NCBI GenBank assembly: GCA_013115145.1
Contig: JAAPAO010000026.1
Coordinates: forward strand, 60,694-124,693
Source of the DNA: Perkinsus chesapeaki ATCC PRA-425
Taxonomy: Eukaryota; Protista; Perkinsozoa
DNA: 64,000 nt
Direction of reading: 5' to 3'
The position numbers were made by a program, and so were the translations under genes. The notes beneath the pieces were generated by a model. The model was not told where the DNA came from. It did not search any database and saw only the letters and a program-made list of their open reading frames with translations. Shown in pieces: positions 50,447 through 63,928 of the stretch (its first letter is position 1; each line of letters opens with the position of its first letter).

Positions 50447-50964
50447 TTAACAAGACGATCTTAATGATTGTCGTTGATGCTATTGAACATCTTGTGGCGC
50501 GAGCCCATGAACCTAATGATGACTTGGAAAATTGTTATAGTAAATGATACCTGCTTCCTGAACATATTGAGCTAGTATTGTTTACCTTGATGACGTAGAA
50601 GATATAGCGGGTATTTTTGATGGATAAAAGCCTTGCGTTTTACTAAGAAACTGGTCTGTACCCCTTATCTTCATCAAACCGTGATAGTTACTCTGAAAGA
50701 CCATATCAGTCAGTGGCACTCAATAACATCCCATACTCTCGACCTGTTAACGTGTCGCACTATTTGCTGGTTGATCGGTTGGATTCGTCCAAGTGCGCCC
50801 ACCCAAAAGTTTTACTTACTAACGCCACTCCTTGTAAACTGGAAGGATAATGGGACGCTAAGCGTTACATACTGGTAAATCAAAAAAGCGCCTAATCGAC
50901 GCGTATAGAATACCTCCGCTCGAGCGAGAGGCTTTCGACAAGCAATAGTAGCATAGTTAAGTAA

Positions 50965-52746
50965 TTATAGCTCCTGAGTGCGAGCTCCGAGAGCTGCGTC
51001 ACGGATAGCGTCGGCCTGCTTTTGGGTCTCCTCATATCGCTTTCTGAGCGCAGCAAACTGCTCCGGGGTAGCCTGGAAGTCTTGGAAGCCTGCAGCCCGC
51101 AACCACTCGGTAGATGGTCCATAGCCAGCTGTCGAGTAGCCCCAGTTAGTGTAACCGTTTTGGTACTTGCCAAGTAATGTATAGTGCATATTCATCCACT
51201 CACGTTGGATACTATTATCATAATCGGCCATCTTCTCCTCGATGTCGTCGGACGATTCGGTAGCCATCATCACATCGATCTTGTGCTCGATCTCGAACTG
51301 AGCCTTTCTGACGTCATTGATCATGTACATGTACTTGAGATCCATCACGTTGGTAACAGTCTCGGCAGCCCACCAGAGAGAACTGGTGTTAACCTCGCCC
51401 TGCCAAGCGTACTCCAGACAGGGGATGGATTTCACTGTCTGATTTGGCTTGACGATAATCGGCACGAAAAGACTTCCATGAGGCGATGACGGAGCAAAGT
51501 ACACCACATTGTACTTGTCCTTGTACGTAACAGCAATGAAGCCATAGTAAGAGTGTTCCTCGGAGATGGCCCTCTCCCATGCACCGTGTTGAAAAGTGGC
51601 TTCGGCTCGACCACCGGGATATCTAACAGGAGTCTTGAAAGGGCCACCAGCAACAACATGGTTGGTCAGATCGTAAGGAGTGCCCTCCATATGGTCACGG
51701 TACAACCGGCGCATGAAGTCGATGGTGATGGGTACATCAGGCTTAACCGAGAAGGGGTAAGTAGGATGCTCCCACTCAACACCAAGAGTCGGGTCCAAAT
51801 TCAGGGAGGGGGCGAACAGGGATAAGCCCCTCCAAATTCGGCGGCCCGAAACATAGGGATGGCCTTGCTCACCAGCGCCGAAGGCATAGGCGAAGTCGAG
51901 CAGTCCAGAACCATCCCACCAGCCATACCTCAATGCGATATCATACATGTTATCAGAGTACAAGAAGTTGTCACCATCAGCGGGATCAATGTAACGAATG
52001 ATGAAGGTGTTGGGCACAATAGTTGCGTGGCCCTTGGGAACCCTTTGAGCGGCCCACACAGCACTCTCAGCAGTGTCGTCAGGTGTGACATGGAACACCC
52101 ACACTTCTTCACCATCAGCAACGACAAGTGCCTCGCCGGAACCGTAGTAGCCATATTTCTCCGCGTAGTAGCCCATCGTCTTGACGGCGCATCGGGCTGT
52201 GTCGCAGAGCTCAAGTCCTATATCAGACAGCTCTCCAATCCAGAATACTGCTCCTTTACCGTCAGGACCATCTCCTCTAGGCACCGAGGACATTCGGGCG
52301 CTGCATGTACTCTCGCCCATGGACACACCAGCCTCATTCATGATGCCATAGGAAGAATCCCAGTAGCCATAAGTGGTACCAACAGGCATATCGACATACC
52401 CGGTCGCAACACTCGGCTTTTGGTCACCGACAGGAGCATAGCTTGGCGCTCTTGAGGCATCAACAATTCTAGGATATGCCAAAGCGAAGGCACCGGGAAT
52501 CTCATTGATGTAGACGGCGCGTTTCTGACCGGGGCCATATGTCTTCGGGGGGACATAGACGACTCTGAAGTCTAGCGGTCCACCATCGGCCGTACTAGCA
52601 GCAATACAACCACCATCAGCTGTGGCTGCACAGTCAACAGCAGTTGCTGTGCACTGACCATCAGTGGCGAAGTGCTCACGCGGGCCTTCTGGGAGAGCTA
52701 CTGATGCGGCACTGCACACGAGTAACGCCAACGACAGAGACAGCAT
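50965..52746 (-). CDS. Secreted peptidase family C69 (dipeptidase A/secernin-like), intronless
   Basis: Signal peptide MLSLSLALLVCSAASVA, nucleophile region CTATAVDCAATADG, NEAGVSMGEST, WAAQRVP. Likely start is the Met at 52746. Confidence 0.88.
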   Translation of the reverse strand: MLSLSLALLVCSAASVALPEGPREHFATDGQCTATAVDCAATADGGCIAASTADGGPLDFRVVYVPPKTYGPGQKRAVYINEIPGAFALAYPRIVDASRAPSYAPVGDQKPSVATGYVDMPVGTTYGYWDSSYGIMNEAGVSMGESTCSARMSSVPRGDGPDGKGAVFWIGELSDIGLELCDTARCAVKTMGYYAEKYGYYGSGEALVVADGEEVWVFHVTPDDTAESAVWAAQRVPKGHATIVPNTFIIRYIDPADGDNFLYSDNMYDIALRYGWWDGSGLLDFAYAFGAGEQGHPYVSGRRIWRGLSLFAPSLNLDPTLGVEWEHPTYPFSVKPDVPITIDFMRRLYRDHMEGTPYDLTNHVVAGGPFKTPVRYPGGRAEATFQHGAWERAISEEHSYYGFIAVTYKDKYNVVYFAPSSPHGSLFVPIIVKPNQTVKSIPCLEYAWQGEVNTSSLWWAAETVTNVMDLKYMYMINDVRKAQFEIEHKIDVMMATESSDDIEEKMADYDNSIQREWMNMHYTLLGKYQNGYTNWGYSTAGYGPSTEWLRAAGFQDFQATPEQFAALRKRYEETQKQADAIRDAALGARTQEL

Positions 52747-53383
52747 TATATGGAATGAGTAATGAACTGAAGCAGACGAAAGTGATGGTAAGTTAGTTCT
52801 CAAGCATCGACTGCGATTCATGTAGCGCATTCACTGTATAGCCTATTTGGCCCTAGCGATGAAAGGCTGAGCGCACGCAGCTAGGATTCTTTGCGCCACC
52901 TGTCTCTGGCACCGCGCACCTCCCAACTCAACACACTCTGTCTCCGTATCGGAAGAGACGATGTTTCAACCATGTTGCTGATGATTGTGAATAGAGATTA
53001 AACAGGTGCTTCAGCCCCCACTGGACGTCCACCCCGGCATGGAGAACTGGCTCAGCCGTTCCCAGTCGGCCGAGTCGCCGCGCGACATCGAGGCCTTCGA
53101 GGCTTTCTGTTGAGCTCGCCTCCTTTCCAGTAGAGCTGAGCGATGAGTCGTCCTTTCAGAGATAGTTAGCTGAGCGATCGACGGTGCCATTAACGCTGAA
53201 CCACCATTAGATATACGGGCGCCATTTAAGTTGCCTGAGGAATATGGTATTGACGATATCTATATGGAAACGTCAGTCAATGCTTCCATTGTGGCCCTCA
53301 AATTAAGTGACACAGAAGCTCTGTGACGGAATCATCAACACTTCTGTGTCTCCCAAACATTTTCGTAAAACTGCTTCAGCAAC

Positions 53384-56300
53384 TTATCCGGAGGGCTTCC
53401 ACCCCCGTCCAGATTCCACAAGCCTCCTATCCCTATCGCTCCCCGAGCCACATGTAGTGATGATTCCGGGTTCATGCGAAATACCGAAAATGAGCCGGGA
53501 AGGTTGTGAAGTATTCAAGGACATCGTCCATTGGACAATTAGAGTGTTTTTCAACAGCCTACTTGTGAACTCCCAGCTGCCTCCATTGAATGCCTTCCCA
53601 TCAAGATTTGGAAGTTCTGGGATCCCGGGAGACTGCGGAGATCGAATTCGAGTTGGCGTAACCAGTGGACTGGATCTGTAGAGTGGATCTCCGGCTGTGC
53701 CGAAATCTGAAAGTCCAACGTCATAAAAACAGGTCAGGAGTGATCGAGGGAGCTTGCCGCGGGGTGACTTATTGGTTGTCGAGCCCTTTTGAAAGTTCGA
53801 GTTACATTGAGTACGCTTCGCACCTGTATAGCCATGGGCAATCCCCTCGACTCTAGCATCATCATGTTTGAGTGTTCGGTGGTGCACCAAGCCAGACGGT
53901 GGGTACATGAGGTCATCCCATAGAGCAGTCAAGTTAGGAAGGAGTGCAAGAAGCTCCTCAGCAGATGCAAATTCTAGTTTAGACGGAAGGACAGACATTT
54001 GTTCGGCGCGAAGCTGTTCAACATTTTCGTCATTACGGAGCCTCCGACACGATCTGACTCCGCTAAGTTTTTCCAGGAAGTGTCTACGAGCGCGCGTTAA
54101 ACTTTCAGCCTGAAAGTCGCACTTTCAAGTGGGCACATTTCTCAGAGAAGCGCTCTGATCAAAGAGAACAACGTCGCTGATGGCCTCGCGTTCGACCAAA
54201 CTAAGAAACTTGGATGACGATAGACAAAACGAGAAAATATTGGCAGCTTTTTCGCATTCGGCATGTGAGCTTGCTGAATCCCATGAGCAATATCATGACG
54301 GTGATGCTCGAACACTGACTGGTAGTGCGGAGGGGCATACAACCTAAGGTAAAGTCTCAATCTAGCGTAGCGTGTCATTCACACAAGTCTCCAGCTAGCG
54401 GAGGGTATGTCTTGTGCCGCCACCAGTGCTTCATGAGGTAGTCCGCAATGGCGTAGTCTTCTTGCCTGCTCCGCCATAACGCCTTTATCCTCTGGCGGTG
54501 TCCGATTGGCAACATGCTGATAACAAACAGCCGTGAAAGAGGCTCGTTCTGCAGCATAAACCTACTAGGTTGACATAGCAAGTTTGTCATCAACTGCCGG
54601 ATCGTGCTTTATAAATTTTTCTATGGGCAGTTCGTGATCATGTGCATGTGTCCAGTAATAGTAAGCCTCGTCCGCTTCGCAAGGTGGGGGATGGATAGAC
54701 CAACTGACAGGGCCGACTTCCAAGTGCGACGAGGAAGCTTCTCGTTGAGCAGAGGATCATGGTTCTCCTCCGAAACGTGACTTACGGTCCTGTTATCTTG
54801 CCGTTGCAGCATCTAGCCATTGGCGACGGATGAGATTTAGGGTGATATTTGTACCGAGGGTCAGGATCACTCTCAGAATGGGGGAGCCTGAGCGAGTTAC
54901 CCGGCCCTATTGCGCTTGGCCAGATTCCACTCACACAGGAGCCTCATGGCCGCCATCATGCGGAGGGCCAATTAGTCGTCCCTCGTAATGGGTGTATTTG
55001 ACTGTTGGATAGCACCTGCGCCATATCTCGTGTCAAGAGATCGAGTAGGGCCGCGGACTACTTCAACAGCTCCCCGGGCAAAGCAGGCAGCTCGTGAGTA
55101 ACCTTGGTTTCGAGGTCCATAGCCACGCAGACATACCTCGATAATGGATGCAAACTTCAAGGCATTTTTTCAGGCCTCACCCTCGTGGGTTGACTTTACA
55201 GGTTCCTTTCGGTGGCGGAGGTACATAGTTGGGCTCATTTGGAAGCTTGGGCGGTGGAGATATCTTAACTAAGTCTTTGTTTGACGTAGCGAGCGGGTTG
55301 TCAAAGAGTTGATGCCGCAGCTCAGAGACTGGTGGTGGTTTGGGGTCTGAGGTAACCGCGGTGCAGTTCTGAACGCCAAATGTTTCAAATAGAGACCTTC
55401 TTGCCGACATGCGAATTTCCCGAACAAATATCTCAAATAGACGTGGAATAAGCACTAAACGTTGTGGGCGATCTTACCCCACTCGGAAGTAGCGCTGCTA
55501 TTCAATAACCTACCCCCCTTGTCATCTGTCAGAGCATCTCTCTCCAGCAGCACTGGCTGAGACTTTGGTACCAAATCTTGCGGGCTTATGAGACGCAGGG
55601 GCTCCCGGTCACCAGGGCCGTAGTCTGCTTCCGGCCCTGGGCATTTGAGCAGAGGCGGACTCGTCGAGATGTGGACCTTAGAATCACCGCGAGCTTCACA
55701 GGCTTCCCGTATGTACATGAGCTCACTCCAAGGCACGGCCGCACCGCAATCGGTCTGGGTCTAACCCGATGACCCATTGCATCATATACACATTGTGACG
55801 AATGCGAGGTGTCATTGCGGGGTGTAGGAGGTGTCCATGTTGCCGGATGGTTCCGCCCGTCAACCATGTCCTCCGCAGTGTAATGATGGTGATGTGGAAA
55901 CAGAAGTGTGCCAGCCATTTGAGGCATCGCTGACCGACGAACAACTTATCATTCCTAACCGCCTGGATTTATACAATATCGAAGGAGAATACTAGTAGAC
56001 ATAATATCTAGAAAATAGTTTGCGCGCTAATTGGTCTGTGAGTCGAAGATGGCCGCTTTGGCGTTTTCCCGCTGCCGTCCATGACCTGTGCATGGTGCGA
56101 ACTTACGGTGTGCCGAATCTACCGTATCAACCTCACCAGTCTCTGACCAGCACTCCGTGGCCTCCCCGGCCTAAGTCTCCTTCGGTCAGTGTGAAAGCCC
56201 TGAAAACTCTCGTATCCGCCTTCCTTAGAGAAGGCGACCATCACTGGGCGATAAAAATCGGACAGGCGGACATCAGAGTCCGTAGCCGCCAGTGGACGGA

Positions 56301-58164
56301 GGTACCTACCAATACGACTTTACAGCGAGGTCTCGACAGAAGTGTACGAAAACTCCCGGTGGCCGCCGGACGGCTTGAACTGGCTGCCTTCTGATTTTCG
56401 TTCGCTTGGATCGATGTATGGCCCCTGGTCAGACACACACGCTGGCGCCCACGCTACAGGAAGAGCTTTATAATGTAATCAAAATGGTATCTTTGTATAC
56501 CCGGTACTCGGAAAGAAGTGTTGGAGTCTTTTCGCCGCCTGCCTTTGCTGGCGGAGTAAATGGATCTCTCCTCGAAGGTCCGCGGAAAGGCATCAGCGGC
56601 CTTCCAATCCGGATTAGGTTTTTGTTCAGCGCGGAGCCGAGCCTAATAACTAGCCTCAGAGTGGCAAGTGCTGCAATTGTGACTTGTCTTAAATCTTCTC
56701 GTTTCTGTTCTTCCCTGGCGAGGCGTGCTGCCGAGATCGGTCTCATCAAGCGTGCTATGTCTGGCCGATGCAGCTTAGCATAGCCAGTGAGTGGAACCGG
56801 CGACACTTTGTAGAGGCGCATCGCAACTGCGTATCGTAAGCATAATCAAAACGTCTTGATTGGTTCAAAGCGTTCACCCGCTTCATTTAATATCCTAGGT
56901 GGAAGCGTGTCCTTCAGTCGAACGTTTGCTTCGGTATGTTCTCTATTTTCTTCTCGACAAGCTTGTCGGGGAGACCGAACCGTCTGCGGCCTCTCGAACG
57001 AGGCATTCCCGGTAAACGGGTCTAGGCAGAACATGAGTTGCATTTCTTTTCCGTATTCAGTCTATTGCTTATATCGAATCTTACCGCAGCCATCAAATTC
57101 GTTGCTCAAGAACAGGTCATTTTCAGGCAACACCTGACAGTTCCGGGTACTATACAACTATATGGTCTATTTGTACCTTCACGGGGCATCCTGGATAAGG
57201 CACGTTCTCCCAACCTTGCATGCTGCTAATCATGCGCAGATAATCGATCTCAGCGGCGAACGAGTACAGCAAAGTAATCGATCACGTGATCGATTCGACT
57301 CACAGCGATTAATACTGGCTCCACACCAAAGCAATGATATGTTACCATGCAAATAGACCGGATCGGGCCTTCCTATTGCCCTTTCCGTTGGTTATTGCAT
57401 GAATATGATATGTGGCGGCACGTGGCTCCGCTGCTTTCTCGTTCTAGGTCGTGGGATGCTACTAGCATAATGCTGGTCGTCTACATTCCTATTGCATTGT
57501 CGACTCTTCGCAGTGTTGCGCTCGTACGGATGTGTTCCTGCTAGAAGCGTATCAATCGGAGAGAATAGCCACTAGAGTCCATAATGTCTGGCCGAGAGGC
57601 TTCTAGTGCTTCCCGGTCCTCATGGACTCTAATATCCCACTGCGAAGGTCGATGATGATTTTCAAAAATTTAGACAAGCATATGCCTGATCTTAATTGAT
57701 GAACTCATTGACCCGTCTGAGCCCTCAATTGTAACTAGGCACCCACTTTACCGATTTCCTAGGCCTCACGTGCCTTAGAGATTAAATGGCTCTGGGTGTA
57801 GAACAAATAGAGACCATAAGCTCGTGATCGGCAATGTGCCTTTTGCGTTTCGCAGTTCTCTTACAACTTCTTGTTTTACCTATGATGACTTACGGAAATC
57901 CAACACTGAAAACACTTCGTGTTGAGTAAATCCAACGAGCTTTTTAACCCTGAGGAACAACATGTCATTCGCCCTCCTATCGCACGGCGTTGCGCTACTC
58001 GTCGCTACGTTGTTGAGCGTTCGGGCAATAGTGGCGCCGATCTTATGCGTTGGCGAATCGCTTGTAGTAGTGTGTCGTCGATTTGATAGATCCTAAAGCT
58101 CCGTATCAACGCCAGTATTCCAATCAGTTAGCCGATGTCAGTTCTGTTAACTGCAAGACTCATG
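53384..58164 (-). CDS. One or more large multi-exon hypothetical genes
   Basis: Run of open minus-strand exons, the longest over 200 aa at 53384-54140. No domain recognised. Confidence 0.4.
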
Positions 58165-58460
58165 GCAATAATGGAAGGTCGTAGCACTTTGGTGGTGAGA
58201 CCTCCAATGTCACGCCTCTTATACGCACTACGCTACACTTCACTGCAAGGATAAGCATGCTTGTTATCATTTCAATTCACCGGTTGATGTTGCGTTTTCA
58301 ACACGTAGTGGGAACCCAGTTCATTACGGGAAGAGGCGTCACGATGGCGGAGTAGGCTCAGGTTGAACGTACTCGAGGTATCTCGAAATGAGCTTATTAT
58401 ATGCCCTCGGTGGGCGTCAAGCCGCAGCGGTAAAGATTCGTTAGATTCGAAGCCAGGTCC

Positions 58461-59026
58461 ATGTTTCTCATAGTAGTGATTTCGATTATTGATCCGCAAA
58501 TGAACAAGAGCCAGGCGTCGAGTAAATCGCGACCGCCCCGTAACATTACTACGACGTTTCGGTGTTCTGGATTGTACGCGCCTCAGCTTACAATCGGCCT
58601 ACATTTCTGGGAAGGTCGGAAGTTTGCGGCAAAGGCCAGCCAATCAGAGATGGCTCTGGCCTGACCTCAACGAAGCCCAAAGCTTTCTCCATACCAGGGT
58701 GAGACAGAGACATTTCATTGGCAATTACGCCTACCTTTATCAGTGGCTGGTTCTCAACTACAGCGCCTCGCTTCGAACCTCTACCGAAGCCTTGGAGGGT
58801 TCCTGTTCCACATTGTTATTTTCATGTAGACTCAGAAACGAGCCTTAAAAAACATGTTTACAGTGGAGTCCGACTTTTCTGGAGCTTCTCATTGAGCAAG
58901 GCTCCAGGTACTTGGCGGGACCTTCTCACAGAGCTCGCGGTTCTCCGAGGAATCACGGCCACCGACGCCCACGAGGCAGACGCTCTCTACGGGTACACTG
59001 GGCGGGCCTGGTTGGTCCTTCGGTAA
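58461..59026 (+). CDS. Small hypothetical gene with an EADAL acidic motif
   Basis: Open exons including ETSLKKHVYSG and LRGITATDAHEADALYGY. Confidence 0.3.
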
Positions 59027-59577
59027 GGAGCAGAGAGCGTTGGCTGAACAAAGAGAATCGTGGTATTGAAGGGAGGAGCTGCCTAAACATCTCATACCGC
59101 TCTCTTGTTTCATCTTATCAGTCTTACTCGACCGTTGCCAGTATATCATCAGCTCATTCCTGAACATGTAGGGATATCTTACTAGCTAGTGTCAGTCAGC
59201 AAGTGTATCCAGGGAAGCTCTGCAGTGCAGTCGGTTTTGAAACAACGACACCCGATCCCTCGATCGGCGTCCTTCGGAACTTCTCCGAGATTCAAGTCCG
59301 AGTTTTCTATTACTCGTGGGGTCCCTATAATGTAAGGATGAAGGAGTTTCCGATTACCTTGAGGCAAGGTACCGTGGGTTGAATGCTGACGGTGTCGCTG
59401 AACCTATTCGGGCCTCTACTGGAGCACATAGTGTTACTCTTGGCACATTCCCGAGATCGATCAGAAGATGCCGTCTCTCTTGACATGCTTCATAAGCCTC
59501 TCGGTGAAGTTGATTTCGGTTTGGCGTTGAGTTCTTCGGACTAAGAGTGTCACTTTAGCTACTGTCACTTAACATTA

Positions 59578-61835
59578 ATGTCAACTGCTTCTACCAACGA
59601 CAAGGCCACATTGCTGACCTTGAAAAAGCGCCTCACGGAACCTGACAGGGACCTGATGGCCATCGTGAATTCCCTAAGTACCATCAATATGGATAAGCAG
59701 CTTTTAAAGGAAACGATGATTGGTAGTATTACTTGGGGAAAGCGTGGGTCGACAGGAGTTCTCGGTGACTAGTCGACTTTGAACTTACTCGAAGGGGGTC
59801 CGTCATATGTGCCGCATACGTTAGTCTAGGAATCCCAATTTAGGATTTTCTGTCGCAAGGGTGTTCAGCGAGGTTGACGATCGCTTCGTTAGAATTGGTG
59901 TCCACTAAGGAGCCAGTATCCAACATAGTGTATTATTTAATAACATCATACTTGTGAATATCACACTGGTGAATTTTGGTACGAATTGACTAGAAGACAA
60001 TTTCGTTCTTTCACCATACCGTTGGAAAGAGTACATTCGAAAGAGATGTACTTGGTCAAGGACTCGTTGTCAGGGAAGGCTTTGAATAAAGCTGCAAACG
60101 CTGGTGAAACCACTCCACGGGCTAAGAAGGCCGCAAAGGATCTTATGGGAGTGTGGAAGAAGAAGATTGACTACAAGCCCTCTTCATCGGGTAGTAATAT
60201 GGGTCGGTTACTCTACCAGGAACTATTTAACAGAGTTTAATGAATTAACTCATTTCTTTATCTTCTATGTAGTATAGTCTTCGGGAGAGTGAGAATAGAA
60301 CGCCATTAAAGGGGATGCTCCGATCTATAAATAAAATTTCACATACCGTCTCATTTCCTGGTTGTGACAATCTAGAAGTTTTCTTTACCGCATACGGAAT
60401 AATACGATCGCTGTTGATAGGTCATCACCATTCCCGCCCGAAGTCTGCCTCTGGCGAATCCACAACGCCGAACTCCTCCAAGGTAGAGAACACGAAGCCC
60501 GTGGCTACCGCCGATGCCTCAACGACCGACGGCAGCTGTACCAGCAGTAGTGGAAATACCGATCTTACGTCTGTTATGGAGGTGGCTAGATGTGGCGATC
60601 CGAAGAGGGACAAGGTTATACAAGGGAGATGGGGAGCGGGGAGCCAGGGAGCTTTGATGATGGATTATCGAACTGAGAAAGCGCTACAGTGTCGCTAGTA
60701 GCCAAATTCTAGTTTCGTGGGTTATTGAGGCTCATGAAGTTGACTAAGCTGTGACATTAGTGACAATACGGGTTATCGACGGCTTCTCCATCGACGGTGC
60801 TACGGAACCTCTGAGCCCGCTAACTTTTGGTTGCACCAAGTAGTCTCTACGGTCAAACCAACCTGGAGTGTGCTCCTCGATGGTCAGGAAATGTTTCTGG
60901 TAAAAGAGAGTTTGATAAATAGTAGGTTTCTAGTGTAAAGTGGAACATCACATGCGTTTTCACTAGGCGAACATATCATTCCATCCTCCCCCCTGAATAA
61001 CAGTGACGAGCTGATCCCGAGACCATCTTTATTACTGATAGGGCGTCAAAGGTCATTAAAAAGAATTCTCCTACCGAGAACGCACAAGGCTGTATTTTCG
61101 GTCTCGCTTAGAATCATGCGGCTTGCGAATCTTGATCGACTTTTTGATCGATGCATCAGTTTCGTTATTCACAGATCCGCAATCTACTCTTCAAGGCATT
61201 GAGGCCTAGACGCAACCCAGAGGAGGCCGAGCCTGCAGTTCGAGCAGTTGAGATCGAGGAAGAGTGTCATTCGAAGTTATCTGAGAGGGAGTGAGTCCCG
61301 GCCAGGGGTATGTTTTCCGGTAATTCCCGGCATTAGGTACCTATCACAGATTCGTAGTATCAAGTACAACCTCACTGACTCGTCTAATCCAGACTTCCAA
61401 TGGAAGGTGGTATTTCCATTTAACAATCAGTGTTAATGTGGGCTATAGGTACTGGTGGGAGTGTTTCCTAGGGACAAGTACTCCTTATTGACGTCGGAGG
61501 ATATGGCATCGGAGGCTAAGAACCAGGTAGGTATAGAGAGATGGGCCGTGGTAGAGAGGGCCATTTTAGCATCGAGCTAGTGCGGCAAAAGCTGCTTTGG
61601 AGGAGTGCCAATCTGATTGGGCTATGCGGCACGGCGCCATTCAAAAGAGCGGTATGTTCCAGTGTGGTAAATGCAAGAAGAGTCAGACAACGTGAGGAGC
61701 ATTAGTGTTCGAAGTATCTGCATGCTACTCTTCATCGTCAACAGGTATTTCCAAATGCAAACTCGTTCTTCTGATGAGCCGATGACTACGTTTGTCACTT
61801 GCCTCAACTGCAACAACAAATGGAAGTTTTGCTAG
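59578..61835 (+). CDS. TFIIS: Transcription elongation factor S-II (TFIIS)
   Basis: N-terminal LLKETMIG...DLMGVWKK, central [18 protein letters not shown], Zn ribbon CGKCKK...[29 protein letters not shown]. Confidence 0.95.
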
Positions 61836-62066
61836 TCGACGCTATTCGTGAAGTGCGGCATTTGTGCGTGGTCCCTCGTCTTCGGTAAAGCCGGAGCTGA
61901 CTTTGGGTGATTCCCATACAGCTGCTAATGTCATATTGTTCCTTATCCATCATTGCTTAGTGTATTAGTGTTTGTAATTGGGCGGGGTCTGCGTTCTCGA
62001 AAGCAACTGTCTGGTCTCCCGCTGTATTAAGAGATCGATACGCCGCCGGCTGTTCTAAGTTACTTC

Positions 62067-63476
62067 ATGACTCATGATCTCAGAGCCGATGGTCCGGTTA
62101 TACTGGACAGATGGGTTAAAGAGAATGAGGGCAGCTTCGCTCCGCCTTTTTGCAATAGGGTCATGCACAGGGATGATCTAGTGATCATGTTCGTCAGCGG
62201 ACCAAATATGAGGAACGATTTCCACTTGGACGAGAGTCCGGAGTTTTTCTGGCAGATGAGAGGCAACATGGAGCTGCCAATAATCGAGAGAGGACAGCGG
62301 AAGTACGGTATGATTGCTATTTATTGAGCCCCGCTGAACGTTATGTTCACATGCGTTTCCCAGGCTGGTGAAGATTAACGAAGGTGAAGTGTTCCTATTG
62401 CCGCCTCGGATCCCTCATGCTCCACAAAGGCCCGACCAGGGCAGCTTGGTAAACATAAGGGTGGTCAAGCACACAGCGGCACTTCTAGCATCCCGAGGGC
62501 CAAGGGAGTCTTCGTCGGCTCTACGACTCGATACTAGAGCTTAGTTCTATACGCGAAGTTCAGGTGTTGTTTAGGGACTTGTCATTGAGCGTCAGCGTAT
62601 TGAAGGACAAGATTACGATGGTCTTCGTTGGTACACTGATTTCACGAAGTGCGATAAGGTGCTTTGGGAGAGGTAGAGAGAGGTTGATGAGATTATCGGT
62701 GACTGTCAGTAGTCAGGTACTTCTACTGTGGAAATCTTGAGAAAGATGTCATTCCTGTTGTCAAGGTCGGGCATCGCGTATTCTTCAAAACTTGAACCTT
62801 CATGAACACCTCAGGAGTACCAGGATAGCGATGAGTTCGCGAATAAGACCCCCTCAGCGAGGTCTGTTCCTGCATCAGTACCTTTCAAAGAGGACACTAC
62901 TACGACTGTTCCGAGGTAACAAGAGCATTCCTTGCCCTTGCTGCCGGTTAATCGGCATCCTACATGAGTTGTCTTGTCTGTCCTTTAGAGATTTGATTTT
63001 TGCTGTTAAACACTTCGTCAGACCCTTTCCATTGGATGAGTGGCTTAAAGCACATTCCAAGGAACTGGCTATTCCTGGGACGAAGCTGAACTTGTTCGGC
63101 GACGACTATCCAACGAAGGAGTTCATTATCTACATTTTGGGGGCCGGTAAGCAGGTGACTGGTCGGGCCTATCGTTCAGCGGGACTGTCGTAATTCGAAA
63201 TTTAGGTAGCAGCACGGCCGTGTATGAAGAAGTGACAGGAGAGTCTGTCGCGTTTATATACGTCATTCATGGGAGTTTGGAGGTACGTTTAATCCGACTC
63301 TAGGCGAGCCAGCTACTTTCGTATATGAAGAACTGTTTTAAATGCAGATTATGTACGACAAAAGTGCCCGAGTTGGCGTGACGGGTGCGTGTATGATGCT
63401 GCCGGGGCAGACTACAACAAATATTAAGCGCTCGGAAGACTGCATTGCCTTGCTGCTTAAGAGTCGCCGTCGTTAA
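62067..63476 (+). CDS. HAAO: 3-hydroxyanthranilate 3,4-dioxygenase
   Basis: MFVSGPNMRNDFHLDESPEFFWQMRGNM, GEVFLLPPRIPHAPQRP, GLVIERQR, DGLRWY. A C-terminal second domain is present. Confidence 0.93.
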
Positions 63477-63642
63477 CTAATCCACTTTCCAATAAGCATT
63501 GTATTTCCTGAAGAGGCTTGAGCTTCCACATTAACGTACTTTCGATACGCGGAAAGAAATTATGTTGCGTTGGCTACGTACAGCAGTTACCACGCGAAGA
63601 TGAAGAGGGGTTCATCAGATATCATGTTGCAAAAGGTTCGAT

Positions 63643-63678
63643 AACAGGCCGACGCCTTAACCGCTCGGCCAAAGTGCC
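63643..63678 (-). pseudogene. Degenerate 5' half of tRNA-Ser
   Basis: Reverse complement GGCACTTTGGCCGAGCGGTTAAGGCGTCGGCCTGTT is a near copy of the first 36 nt of the adjacent tRNA. The 3' half is absent. Confidence 0.75.
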
Positions 63679-63768
63679 TGACGTCGACTCCGCAGAGCAT
63701 GGTACGGGGATTCTTCCCTTGCACAGAAAGGAACAAGAAGCGTTCCTAGACTCAGATAGAAAAAGTGA

Positions 63769-63850
63769 CGACACCTGAGGGATTCGAACCCTCGCGGGCA
63801 GAGCCCAATGGCTTAGCAGGCCGCCGCCTTAACCACTCGGCCAAAGTGTC
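63769..63850 (-). tRNA. trnS-GCT: tRNA-Ser(GCT), 82 nt
   Basis: Acceptor stem GACACTT/AGGTGTC, TGGCCGAGTGG A-box, CT-GCT-AA loop, variable arm, GGTTCGAATCC T-arm. Confidence 0.95.
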
Positions 63851-63928
63851 CAATAACCTCTCCTTGCAGCGTGGCGGCGGCATGACAGTGACCATTTCAA
63901 GCGTTCCTAGTCCAAATACGAAGACTGG

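Noticed and set aside
53690-53730. SDFGTA as a kinase DFG motif
   Set aside because: No HRD, VAIK or glycine-rich loop in neighbouring exons.
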